A DNA stretch of 64,000 nt from Antedon mediterranea (Eukaryota > Animalia > Echinodermata), in the NCBI RefSeq assembly GCF_964355755.1, contig NC_092678.1:2310422-2374421 (forward strand), read 5' to 3'. Within the stretch, counting starts at the first letter, position 1; every line of letters starts with the position of its first letter. Below the pieces are notes generated by a model, which was given only the letters and a program-made list of their open reading frames with translations, was not told the origin of the DNA and ran no database searches. Shown one piece after another: positions 12,292 to 25,185 of this stretch. The position numbers were made by a program, and so were the translations under genes.

Positions 12292-14962
12292 ATGCAGTAC
12301 ATTCAGAATGATATGCTGAGGGCGTGGGTTGTAGAACATTTGAAAAAGACTATTTTTATGAAGGTAAAGTATTATTACTGTATTATCATCCTCAATAAAT
12401 AAATGTCAGCCGGACTCATTGGGTTAAAGCAGATTCGTAAATGAAATTCTTTTTTTTCTTGTGATACAGTATATTAATAATGATATTATAACACTAACAG
12501 ATACAATATTATTTATTATTGTTAGCAAAGGAAACATACAAAATTTAAAACAAAATGTATAGGCTTATAAATGAAAGAACCCCACTAATACTATTTTACT
12601 AAATTTAAAAAAATCAGTTCTTTAATTATTATAGATTTGTAAATGAATTCTTTGAGCTATACATCAACCAAATAAGGGTTTTAACATTTGACCCCTTCCC
12701 TCATTTTAATGCGATGAAAGGGAAGGGTGGTTCAACAAATGTCCCGCCCTTCCTACTGGATATTTTCGGCCAATAATTTTGTATAGGTCACCCTAATATA
12801 AAATATTTATTTGCATTTAGGAAGGGTTAGTATTATCCAAAAGTTTTACTTTCGCTTTGATTTAGCTGTTTGCACTTATTTTATTTGTTTCTCATTTGAG
12901 ATCCAGCCACTGATATCCTCGGCATTGTTATTTTTTTAAATAACTTTCCTTTTGATATTTATTAAATATATATATAAATTTTGAATGCATAATTGTTTTT
13001 CAGGCGCATGAACTATACGTACAGACAAGGTGCGAAGTGTTTTTGTTGGTAAAGCAAGACAACACAAAGAATGGCCAGTACTATGCTTCTGGTGAACTCC
13101 TTAAGGAATTTGACAGAACTGGTGTACTGAAATCATGCAACTTTGAGCGCATTGTCGATGGCAGAGGGGTTGGTATCTCTGATAGACAAATACAATTTGG
13201 CTCCGAGAATGATGATTGCTGTGTCGAGGTTAAGGTATCGGAAAACAGTGTTTCAAACAGCAATCCGTCACCTACACCAATACCTACTGGATTGGTGGCA
13301 CAGCCCTTGCCAGTCAATGTCAAAAACAAGGTTGGCCCAACTCCGATGCAGATACAGGTCGTTGATGAAAAAGGTAACATCGTACCAAGCAGTAACTTAT
13401 TCCAGCTTCAACCGGTTGTCAACTCAACTACTACCCAAGGTGGGTCCATACAAGTTTTAAATAACTATGTAATGATGGCAAAGGGAACGACACCCTCTCC
13501 GCTTACATCTACGCCTATAAACAAGAAACAAGCTTCACCAAAAACCAAGTTGAAGATAATTCTTCCTGCTACTGCTGCTCCTCCTCCTCCACCACCACCA
13601 CCAGTAGCAATTAGCCGCAGTCAGGTCAGTCCTGCTGAGTCCTTAGATAATTCTAACATTGAGCTACTTAAGAACATCAGAGGCGATGCCTGCACTGAAG
13701 CTTCCACAAGTCAGACAATATGTGAATGTGGTATTTGCAACAAGACGTTCCGTAATCCAGATGTCCTCCGTAAACACATGAATCGCTTCCACACAGAGTA
13801 CGTCGGCGAAGGTGGCGCCAAAGACTTTCCTGGTAGAAACGATGAAGGACGATTTCCGTGCAATGTATGCGGGAAAACATACAAGTACCACCACCATATG
13901 AAGGAACATCGTCAGACCCATGCTACCATCAAACCGTTCATCTGTAAAGTCTGCGATAAACAGTTCCACCGTCACCGAGAGCTACGCATTCATCAGCTAC
14001 GCCACACCAGTTTGCCGAAGTACAAGTGTGCTCAATGCAGCAAGGCTTATTACACACTGGCTAGTCTAAAGGAACACCAGCACACGCACACTGGCCACAT
14101 GATCTGCTGCCACTTGTGTGGAAAGAGCTTTGGACAACGATCCAGCCTGGCTACACATCTTCATGTTAGCCACAATATTACATTCAAGCAGCAAACTGAG
14201 AAAGGATTACTGGTTCAGGACGGTGAAAACATCAATGAAGAAGGTGAGATCACGCCAGGTTCCATGCTTGAAAACATTGACTCCAGCATGAGCGAGTGCT
14301 TCTCACAACTTGACTCTGCCAAGAAAAGCGAAAGTGAAGAGGAGGTACTCCGAGATATGCAGAAAGAAAGTAATAACATCATCATCAAAGAGGAGCCGCT
14401 TGACGCGGAGTATGAAAAGGTCATGCTTTCGTGCTCGGTGATCGCAGACGAGAGCGGTGATGAGAATCAGGACGAAGCAGCAGGTCTAGTGGTGGAGAAG
14501 ATTCAAAACTATGTGAAGGGAACGGAAGATGATATCCTTATGGAAGAGAGTGAGGGAGATGAAGATTGTGATGACGAAGAAGGGTCGATATTGTTGACTG
14601 CAGAATCTGATGGTGAAGAGGACGATGACAAAGCTTTAGAAGAAGGCGAGATCAGCATGAGTAAAGAATGCGACATCTGTGGCAAGAAGTTTGAACATGC
14701 TCAAGATATGCTGATGCATCGCTGCATACATTTTGAAACTACCATCACTCACAAATGCTCGTATTGCGAAGAGGTGTTCAACGAAGCCAGTCACCTACGT
14801 GTTCACCTAACCACTCACGTCGGCGCGTTTACACGACAGTGCCTCATATGCGGACGCGACTTCACACGCGCAGCTGATGTACGTCGCCATCTACGAGGAG
14901 CTTCTTGTCGACCAATCAAGAAGCCTAATTTGACCTCTGACATACCTATGGTCACTTCATAA
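12292..14962 (+). CDS. Zinc-finger transcription factor (5+3 fingers, the last C2HC-like, separated by an acidic linker) with an N-terminal MADS-like segment, about 676 aa
   Basis: Exon 12292-12363 (MQYIQNDMLRAWVVEHLKKTIFMK, donor gtaaag) splices in phase 0 to 13004-14962 (acceptor ttttcag), in frame with the 641-aa ORF. Repeated CxxC...HxxxH fingers, a poly-Pro tract and a D/E-rich region are present. Confidence 0.9.
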
Positions 14963-17213
14963 ATAATATATAATGATTTTTACACTATTAAAGCAACTTA
15001 TTATAAATAATAAAATTGTAGAATTTTCTTTGTTATTGATCATAAAATAAAATTGAAGTTTAATTTGGCTGAATTTGAGTAAATTTGATATTTTTCTAAG
15101 AAAAGTATATAAACATATAACCTATTATGAAAATGCAAGAAAATAATGTATTATATTTCGTATGTAAATAATAGTTTAGTTTAGAGCACTAGTAGACACA
15201 AACATATTCATGATAATTATGATGAAAAAATTTAATTTATAAAATGAACTGTTAGTCTTGGAGAAGTGAGTTTTTTAAATGTTTTGTTGTATAGAATGCT
15301 ATCATTTTAACTTCTATAATGCACATCATCTAATAGCACTAATACTAATTTTATTGTAGTTTAACAATATATTAAGAGTGAATACTAACTCATTACAGTA
15401 ATAAAATTGGTATAGAATTTAGTGAAACATGATGTACTGTCAATATGTGTTGTTTGCTAGCTCCGTCTGGAACCCAGACTAATATAGAGATAGTAACTGC
15501 AGTTAGTTGCCGGATTTGTTTTCAGTTTCCTACTCGTAACAGCTACTGGTTGGTTCTCCCTAAAGTAGACCTAACTTTACCAATCACAATCGAAAATGTC
15601 GTTTGTGATGTTTAAAGCTTGATTTCCATTAGTAAGACGCCAGCGAGTGGACCAATAAAAAGCGACAGTTCTGATAATCCATCGCTTATGATTGGTCGAA
15701 TTGCTTTCGCTGCGCTTACATATTATGCAATTAAATGTTTATTTATGTGACAGTTTATCGAAGGCATCAATATGCTAAAATGCTTTTAAAAAAGTTTATC
15801 CTTACCCTATGTATCATACCATGATATATAGTAGGTACTGAAGATAATGTCTATAGATTATGAAGAACATTTAATAAATAAATGTAGGCCTAAAGTTGAT
15901 CGAAATTCGGTTATAGGATAAAAATCATTTTTTAAAAATGAATCCGCCTCTTGCAGAAAGTCAATTTTAATGATGTATTGTGGTTTGGAAATTACCATTA
16001 AAATGTTCAATCTAAATGTGTAGATTACCTAATCACTGGAAATGTCACACTTTACGATTTTATTTGGTTTTAAACACAAAATCTAAATTGAATGCCCATT
16101 TCATTTCATACGGTTGCCTTAACGCTCAACGCTTTTGGAAGAAGTCATTGTCGCTCATGCATTTAAATAGAAATTGTCAGTCATTAGGCCTATTACTCAA
16201 CAGTTGCAGCTTACATCGTGTGCACTTGACTGAAAAGGTAAGTTTGAAACTATGCTAAAATGAATTTGTAAACTTAGTTAATGATAGTGACAAATGACTT
16301 TTGTAAGAAAGTAACATCTAAATTATTAAAAATTATCGTGGTATGATCTACAATTTAACATTTTATGCTTTATGATTGAAAATAATAGTACCTGCTACGG
16401 AATGGCCTATAAATCATATTGTCAACAAGTTAAACTAGGTAAAGTAATCCTCATGATATCGGGAGAGTATGAATCTGATAAATGAAACTACTAGGCCTAC
16501 CGCTCTGGGGCGGGTAGGCCTATACTTGATAGAGGGGGGGGGGGGGGGAGTATACCGTTTTTAACGGATAATCAATTTAAATAGACTCCATTACACCACG
16601 GACTATAATATAGGTTCATTAGTACATGTACCAGTTCACTCTTCTCTGACGGTTCCAACCAGTAATGTTTCCATTCAGGGCGCCGACGTACGTCACATGT
16701 GCTATTTTTAAATTAACCAATTTTTGCAACAATGCAAATGGAAATTACATTTCTTATAAATAATATAAAAATAATTTGTTCATACATGTCATTGCACAAT
16801 TAATATTCTCTTATACCTTTGATTGAACTACAGACCTATCTGAACTTTGAATCTTTAGCTTTATTTAGTTTTATGCTGAATTCTAAACTAAAGGACGAAA
16901 GGAAACTAAACCTATTTAGCATTTAGACATGCCTATACATTTTGCATCATATAAACATACCATGGCAATACAATATACGTTTTGGTTGATATGGGAGTGA
17001 ATTCCTTAATTATGCTCAGCTCCAGCATGTCTAGAAGACAGTGATGCTGCACTATGTCTGAAAATGTTTACAAAATAATAAATGAATAATGACAATAATA
17101 ATAATACTCATTGAACAAATTTGGTGACAATTAACAAACAGATTGCATTGCGGACACCCTGATAATGACATTTAATTAATTATCGTCTATGTTAATTTCA
17201 GCTATAAACCATC

Positions 17214-18225
17214 ATGAGCGAGAGTTTGTACACAACAGAAAGCGAATATATATATGAAACTGTAGGTCCAGGTTTATCAAGCTTAACAGATGAAGATTCT
17301 CTAGAAGGTAGAGCAAACCTACAGCCAGAATCCACTTTCACTTCACTATCGTCGATAAATGAATATGAAAATTGGCATTGGGAACAACGTACAAAGGAAG
17401 GAGCTGAAGAGGAACCTAAAAAAGAACCAGTAGTATTTTCTCAGGGAGATGTAATGCAACCAACATTAAATCCTTTCCTTAGTAGTGTAGGAGTTCCGGT
17501 TTACGCTACCGACACTAATATTTTCCCAAGCTATAAAACACAAACAGCCGGAGATCTTAAAGAAGAAGCATGTTTCTTTGAAGTTGAAAAACGTGTTGAT
17601 GAGGAAAAAGCAGCAGTGACAAAATTTAATAGAAACGTTTACGAAAACATGACTACCGGTAAAGTGTCCGCTTTATTTCTTCTATGTCATAAAGAACGTT
17701 CTGTGTGACGTTTGTGACTGAAAATTAGGCATTTAGATAAAAATGTCTACGAATGTGTATTTTTGCAAAACTCGGAGAATATTACATTTACTAAAATGAT
17801 TTTTCTTATTTCAGTTACTGATGTTTTTGAAAGTAATATTTTTCAATGCATTTCCAAAACCAATTACATTTTTTTTACTAATAGGAGCTGCGGAAAATTT
17901 AAAGAGAAGTCTCGATGAAGATATGAAACAGATGAAGGGTTCTATTAAAAAGAAGATTGGTATGGCACTGGATGTTGATATTCCTGCAGGAAACAACTGG
18001 CAGGTCATCGCTGAAGAGTTGAATGTACCAAGAGAAGCTATACGTCTATGGGATAGTAAGAATGATGCTGTTCCTATGTTTAGTCCCACAGAACACATGT
18101 TTAAACATCTGACAGGTGCATCTGATAACATTCCGACAGTTCGAAACTTGCACAAAGTGTGCATAGAATACGAACGTTACGATGTCGTCAGAGTCATTAA
18201 TGAATATTATGACCTCAATGATTAA
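17214..18225 (+). CDS. Death-domain-containing adaptor protein, 2 coding exons, about 261 aa
   Basis: Exon 17214-17658 (donor gtaaag, phase 1) joins 17885-18225. The C-terminus LDVDIPAGNNWQVIAEELNV...SPTEHMFKHL...PTVRNLHKVCIEYERYDVVRVI fits the death-domain pattern. A probable 5' UTR exon ends at 16237 (aag/gtaagt). Confidence 0.8.
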
Positions 18226-18874
18226 TATTCCAATAGTATTTTAAAATATCATTATGAAAACAGTTTACTTACAAAAATAAAAGATCAATTCTGCGTGATT
18301 TGTACTTTGGTTGGCATAATTTACTGAATTCATAATTCTATTTTTTTAGGTTTCTGTCGTAAGCAAAAATACAAAAAAAAAATAAATAAATAAAAGAAAA
18401 AGATTAGCATAAAAACATAAATTTCTCCGCACCGTGATGTAAATGTAGCCCGTTTTTCTTAGAAGATAACAATAATACAAGCCCCGGGAGCTTTATTCAA
18501 ATCTTTTATTCAAATCATGAATAATTCATTAGAAGAATTATTATATAATGGGACATTATATAGGGCGCTAATAATTAAGGTAGTAGGCCTAAATTATTCA
18601 TGATTTCTGCCTTAACCTCACAGGAAAAAATATAATGCAGTCCGGGAATACAAGGCTTTTATTACTGTATGGTTTGGGGTTTTTATGTTGCATATTTTGT
18701 TATTAATAACTTCAAGAAAGAAATGTATAATTTAACCTGATAGATTTCATGTATATATTTCTTAATACTTTGGTAGTGATATATTAAAATTAAAGTTGTA
18801 TTATTTCCATAAACTTCACTATACAAATTACTCATTATTTACTTATGCTTGGTTTCTGACGTAAGGAAACGTAA

Positions 18875-19053
18875 AGCGTGGTTCCCACTAGCGACGCAAC
18901 ACAAGGACGTAACGCAACGCAAGTGAATTGACCAATCACAAGCGATGGTTTATTCGCTTGTGATTGCTAACTGTGTATAACATCTCTTGTCATTGGTTAA
19001 AACGCTTGCGTTGCGTTTACGTCCTTGCGTTACGTTCTAGTGGGAACCAAGCT
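18875..19053. mobile_element. 179-bp PIF/Harbinger-type MITE (family B)
   Basis: TIRs agcgtggttcccactag / ctagtgggaaccaagct with TWA flanks. A near-identical inverted copy is at 63617-63795. Degenerate relatives lie near 1-106, 15615-15720, 20687-20835 and 35920-36050. Confidence 0.85.
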
Positions 19054-20049
19054 TTAGTGATTAAACCAATCGTGGATTCTTTATTCGACTTGTTTAAGTA
19101 GTAAAAGAATGTTTAGAGATCATATCATGCACCTTATATTTTAAAAAAATATTTCATTAATAAACAGTTAAATAAACAAACAAAAAACTCTTCTTTATTT
19201 CAAATCAGTGAACAGCAAATCACTACCACTAACAGACTAAACGTTAAGAACATGATTAGGCCTATGGACCGTTTTGATTTTACGAATAGCTGTATAGATA
19301 AAGTGATGTATGTATCCATAATTAAGCAAAACTCAGATGACACTGCAGTTCATACACAGTAAATACAATATACTGACAATATCACTATTGTAGATTGATT
19401 TTTTTGTAAAAAGATTCAATTCCCGCCACCTCCATGTATGTCACTGCTAAAGGGTGATATTTACTAAATGTCACCTTGGTTTAGTAAATAGGTTTATCAA
19501 CAGGAAATGATTTTAATAAAATCATTACAAGCTGTTGTAGTATAACTGCCTTTTTAAAAGAACAAGTTATATTCTACCTGACGAGGATGTGTTTTGTATA
19601 ATATTCAACCAAGGTAAACAATAACAAATGATAACAATATTGAGCTTGCATCTTAAATTTGCTTTTATTCTAATTAAATAAAATCAACAAACGTGCTAAT
19701 GTGCAAATTTTATATCAATTATCAAGTATCAAATCAGTTGTTGATTTAGAAATCAGGCAAGACAAAGCCATTACACAATCTTAACGAACACCTTAGTAGG
19801 AAGTTACTGCTGAATATAGGTTTTTGCATCCAGTAGGCCTACTATTACAACGTAGAAGAGGATGTTTTTTTCACGCGACCTTTTAACGTTACTTAATTGC
19901 ATAAACGTCACATGGCCAAGTTGTTACAAAAAATTGTTTTTAATTTTTAAGGAACTGGTTTGACAATAGTTTTAAAATAAACAGTTTTAATTGATTTGCA
20001 TTGATAACTGCTTTATACTTCTCATCTTGCAACTGGTCGCAGAGCAATT

Positions 20050-23000
20050 CTATTCCTCACCAAACACTTGAGCAGTGAATCTACTCGGCATGCCACATTT
20101 CGGATGAGGAACTGGTAACATTTTCATCTTGATGCTACCAGACTTCTTAATCTCCCAGGTGCAAGACCTCGCCAGGCAGATGGTCACAATCTTTAGGCAG
20201 ATGGTAGCGAACGATTGACCCGCACATGTGCGGACTCCACCGCCAAATGGAAGGTAATGCGAGCGGTTCTTCTTGTGTTCGGCGCGTTCCTTACTGAACC
20301 GGTCAGGATCAAACTGACGTCCGTTTGAGAAGATTTCGGCGTTCATCTGCGTATCTTTGATGCTGTACAGTACGGTCCATCCTTTGGGGATTCGATAACC
20401 CTACAAAAAATATCATTAATAGACTTGACTAAAACGGCTGTCAACGAAATAACCATATTATATGCCACTGTGCTACATACAATCTCTTTAGATCTTTTGG
20501 TATAATATTTTAGGTATTACTTAATATTAGTGTTTACGCTATCTACATGTTATTGCATAACAGATAAGTTTGTCACTAGTGATGGTTCGGTCGGTATGTA
20601 TAGGCTTATTTGGAGAGGCTGTTATTTGCGGTAGGTATCGGGTTGTTGATTATTTGGGGTGGTTTATTTGTTAGTTAGCTAACTAAAGCTTGCTTCCCAT
20701 GACGTAACGCAATGACCTAAGCGCAACGTAATCGTCGACCAATGACAATCAGTGATAATCCATCGATTGTGGTTGGTCAAATCATGGATTAAAGAATATT
20801 CTTTAATCCATGGTCAAATTACTTGGGAACCAGGCTCAACGTATTATCACCCAGGGTAGGCATACAAGCGTTCCAGAAAATGTAAAATAACTTATCTGTT
20901 AAACTTAACGACAACTTTATCGACAATCTGTCTAACATTTTTTATCATTCTTATGCAATAACAGGTAATCAGTAAGTACAAAGTGTGAACATTGTCTATC
21001 TAGTTGTTGTATGATCGATACAATATGAAGTTTATTTCTTTCGATTAATCATATTAAAATCATTTAATAATAATCGTGTCTTTGTGTTGAGAAAAAATCA
21101 ACCTACCCCAACGTTGAATGTCTTCAAAGCTTTGCGGAAACCTCCTGTGATTGGCGGCGCTCTTCTTAAAGTCTCTTTTACAACCTGGTCCACGTATGGC
21201 AGACCCTCGATACTATCAAGGTCTAGTTTAACCTTCCTGTCCAATAAATTGTAGGCTTGCAATTCTTGTCTGAGCTTCGATAAGACTCCGGGATTAGTTC
21301 CCAGGAACCGGATAAGCGAACAGGCCGCACTTGCTGGATTTTCGTGAGCTGCAAATAGGATTAATAAAACATGCTTTATTTATAAGTACAATTGTTTCAT
21401 GCAACATTGCTCTCCTCTTTATTACCATAGGATTATTGTAACATAAGTGTCGACAAAAGTAGAAAAATAAAAAGATATGCATGAATAATATATATTGGCA
21501 TTCTCTATTTATAAGTTATTAGCAGGCCCACGTTTGAATGCTGCCTGTGTCAGTATAATTTTGATTAACTTCTTAAATGAAATAAGCAGAAAGTTAGGCC
21601 TCGATTACCAATCGTCAGTGTCCCGTATTCATGCCGTCAGTTTTTTTTTTATATTATGTAAGTATTCTTACCAGCAAATATGAGTTCAAATGCTGCCATT
21701 TTCAATTCATATTCTGTGTACTTTTCTCCGTTCGGTTTTTTCTTTGCCATCATGAAGGACAATACGTCATATCGAGTTGGTATTTCAGATCTCATCTCTT
21801 CCATCTTCAGATGAATTCTTTCTGTGATTTTCTCAAGAATCACGTCACGAGCTTTTATGGCCTAAAAAATGATAATGAAGAGCAGCGTGTACATCAACAA
21901 AAGGAAGAAAAGACAAGCACGGGTGTAAGAAGGAAGAAAAAAGGGGTTATCATTAATATAGATCAACAACAAGACAGAAAACAACAAAAAGAGATGCAAG
22001 AAGGACGAAGAAGATAGAAAACAACGAAAGGTGATGCAGACAACTGGGACACAAAAAAGAGAAAAATAAATCAAATGATGTCGTTAAGAAAAACAAAGTA
22101 TACATAAGGACAGAGATGTAAGACATATGATGAGGTGAAGAAAGGCAGGTCTACACAATATTGATGAAAATGTGATGGTGATGAAAAGAAAGATTCGGCC
22201 AAATAGAATATAAGGGAACACATAAATGCTATGTGGTATGAATTATTAAACAACAAGTAAACAAATAAGTACCTTCCACAATCCAGATCCTGGGAAAGGT
22301 ATCGGATAACTTAAAGAATTGTCGACGACATTCTGGAAAACACCGGTCAAGTAGCCTGCTTCGTCGTCAGTGAAGTCAAACCCGAGTAGAATATTACCAG
22401 CTATTCTGAACATCATTTCTTTACATTCCGTGTACACAATGATATCTTTATTCTGGCTTGAACGGTCACACCAGCTATCCAGTTTTTCCTGGAAATATGA
22501 CAAAAAATGTAAATCATGTGTTGAGATTTGCTGTATTTGCACATTTTATACTGCGTTTGCGTCTCGTGTGAAAAGCGTTTTCTTAAGAGAAACATTATTA
22601 TGAATACACTGTGTATTATGATACCGGTTTTAATATCTTCTTCAAGTTCAGGCTGCAAAATGATGAATGCATTACAATGAGTCATTTTAAAAGCATCCTG
22701 CGAGAGGGTTCAGAAGCTATTCAATTGAACTTTGAACAATTGAACTAGGCCTCAGTGCCTCTTCAACTACGGATGTTCTTCATGAAAAAAACTGATAACA
22801 TTCGTGGTACATTATACACTCGCCCTCACCGTATATATTTTGTATGATGCAACGCTGTATTGTCAGTGGCACCACGAGAGGCGTGCGCAAATAGTGATGA
22901 AACTGGTACGATTTACGTATGCGCGCGGGTAATTTCTAAAAGTCTTCTTGGTGTAACTGACGACGAATATGTTTAATTTACCTGGGTGAATGTCTCTATG

Positions 23001-23936
23001 TGTTCTACATAGTGAGCAAGCGAATCTTTCTTGAAGAATTCCAATGTTTGGTTTCTTCTCCATTTATGCTGTTCACCAGACGACATTGACAAAGCAAAGT
23101 CTCCCAGGATCGTGCGTAAAGTCTTCGGCCATTTGAACGTCACCAGATTGTGTTCCCCAAGAAGTATCGTCCGGATGTTTTCTGCACCAGACACAAAAAT
23201 GGTAGGCTGGCCCATAATGTGAGTCTTAAAGATCTCACCATACCTATTTTTTCGGCTGACGAAAAATTTCGAAATCTGAATATAATAAAATATTAGAAAT
23301 AATACAGCATTTTATTCCACAATTCATTCAATTTAAATCTTCTTTATGGGAAAGCATCATGATATAGCCTACAAGTTCGTTCATAGGCCTACACAACTTT
23401 ACATCATGTGTTAATGACATTTGAGTTATACTGAAGGAAACATTCCATAGTTGACAGACAATAAAAATCACGTAAGCCTCACTGTAATCTTTTTGACCCG
23501 TGTTCTAATTTACCGGTAATGCCGATCAATGCACAACAAAGAGGGAAGCAAAGTTTACGTTTCCGCTCTATTAATATACATATTATGCCATGTAACAATG
23601 ATCAGTATAGTCCTGTATTCAAATCTACAACGCATACCAAACATACAAACACTAACATACAAAAACTCATAATGTATTACGGAAGTTATATCTCATAAAG
23701 CAACCCTGGCACTAAAAACTCACATTCGTAATAAAACCGATGCTTTCGCCGATCAATGGTAAACCCATACTGCCATCGGGAAGGGGGAGTTTGCTTAACC
23801 CACCTCCCTCCTCGTCTACAGTGTCAGAATCCTTTACAGAGTAGTGTCCCCATAGTTTCACCGCAGCAACGAACAGAATGCAGAGTAGGATAAGCGGAAT
23901 TGTGTACACCAAAGCCAACTCCACTAAGCCCGACAT
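20050..23936 (-). CDS. CYP26: Cytochrome P450, CYP26 family-like, 6 exons, about 501 aa
   Basis: Exons (minus strand) 23936-23724, 23275-22982, 22488-22273, 21861-21672, 21348-21107, 20400-20050, phase-consistent. Motifs: N-terminal TM anchor, LPLPDGSMGLPLIGES, YGEIFKTH, KETLR (ExxR), GGFRKALKTF, GYRIPKGWTVLYSI, FDPDRF and the heme motif YLPFGGGVRTCAG. Confidence 0.92.
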
Positions 23937-24072
23937 GACTACGTGCGACGAGATCTAGTCTGTATAGATGTTTTTTGTTAAAATCTATAAATACATGATC
24001 ATAATAATATGCCGGTGATGTAATAATTGTCATCTGACGATAGAGGGGGCAAATTAATTTCAGATTTTATAA

Positions 24073-24232
24073 AGCTCTGTCTGCACTGTCATCAAACTTT
24101 ATGTGACAAAAAATTGATGTACCCATATGGACACGATGGTGTCATATCACTACCATATTTGGGCATATCAATATCATATCTAGGCACATCACACTTTTTT
24201 TGTCAAACTACTTTGATAGTGTAGATAGAGCT
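24073..24232. mobile_element. PIF/Harbinger-type MITE (family A), about 140 bp upstream of the CYP26-like ATG
   Basis: TIR agctctgtct(a)cactatcaaact...tttgatagtgtagacagagct. Other copies are at about 8260-8350, 38884-39003, 42645-42690, 49018-49152, 53368-53487, 57709-57983, 61514-61669 (TAA on both sides) and 63799-63953. Confidence 0.85.
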
Positions 24233-25009
24233 TGAAGAAATATTCTATATAGGCCTGCGTTTTTAATCAGTGGCGAATCCAGAAAATTGGAAAATGGGAA
24301 AGAAAACTAACGTTTAGCATAGTAGAATATTTTGAAGCTCATCATGTTTCTGTTCTTCTTTTCACTGTGTTTCGCATTTTGTCTTTACCTTTTCCGACAA
24401 CTTATATAATAATATTTGATCAAATGTATTCAACAATACTCTCCAGCTCAACACATCTTTCTCAGATCTCAGAAACAAAAACAAATTGTACTTTCTGATT
24501 AACGAGGACAACCACTGTTATAATAGTTTCAAACTTTGCTAATCAATTTTTCTCTTTACATCGGTCTATTTATTATTAATTTTTTTCTTCTTTTTTTTTT
24601 CTAAAAAAGGAAAAAAGAAAAAGAGAAAAGTTGAGTATATTTAATGGTGTTTTGGATTTTATTTGTTTTGATTGTATGAAATATAAATTTACAACATAAA
24701 TTCTAAACCACCCGGTAATTAATTACTATGAAACGATAAAGATGAGGAAATCTGTGAGATGTTTATATGTTCTACAACTCATACTGATAAGGATGAGGAT
24801 TGGTCACGGTCGCGCCTCTGATGGTAAAGTAACAAATAAACAATAACACAGAAAAAAAGAAAGTTTAAAAACAAATATTTATCTGGCTCTCTACAAAATC
24901 TGAAAAAATTTGATAATATACCGTATTCATGGAAAAAATACCCTCTCGAACGGAGCTCGAGTTAAACACTTCTTTAATACATTTTACAGATTCTATGATT
25001 AAGTAGACT

Positions 25010-25185
25010 TGCATTGAGGAGAAATTCCATGACGTTTCGAAACTCTCATAACTCTTTGCAACTGCTGCTGCACAAACTAATTCTCGTTGTTGTGTGAATA
25101 AGTGACGGTTTTAATTGAGAAAATGTAAGTATTGTAACAATGCTTATTTCATATTATTTTCACTTTTTAATAGACGATCGAAAGA
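25010..25185 (+). promoter_or_regulatory. Duplicated promoter/5' UTR exon of the Rab7 paralog
   Basis: Clear similarity to 32317-32532 upstream of Rab7: gaaattc-atgacgtttcgaaactc, ttgttgtgtga, ggttttaattgagaa, gtattgta and ttttcactttt occur in the same order. Confidence 0.7.

Noticed and set aside
13081-14424. Overlapping antisense and alternate-frame ORFs within the zinc-finger exon
   Set aside because: Short shadow ORFs of a real coding exon with no recognisable motifs.
22700-22750. Retinoic-acid response element in the CYP26-like intron (TGAACT half-sites)
   Set aside because: The half-sites are not spaced as a canonical DR5 or DR2, and I saw no clear DR5 upstream of the ATG.
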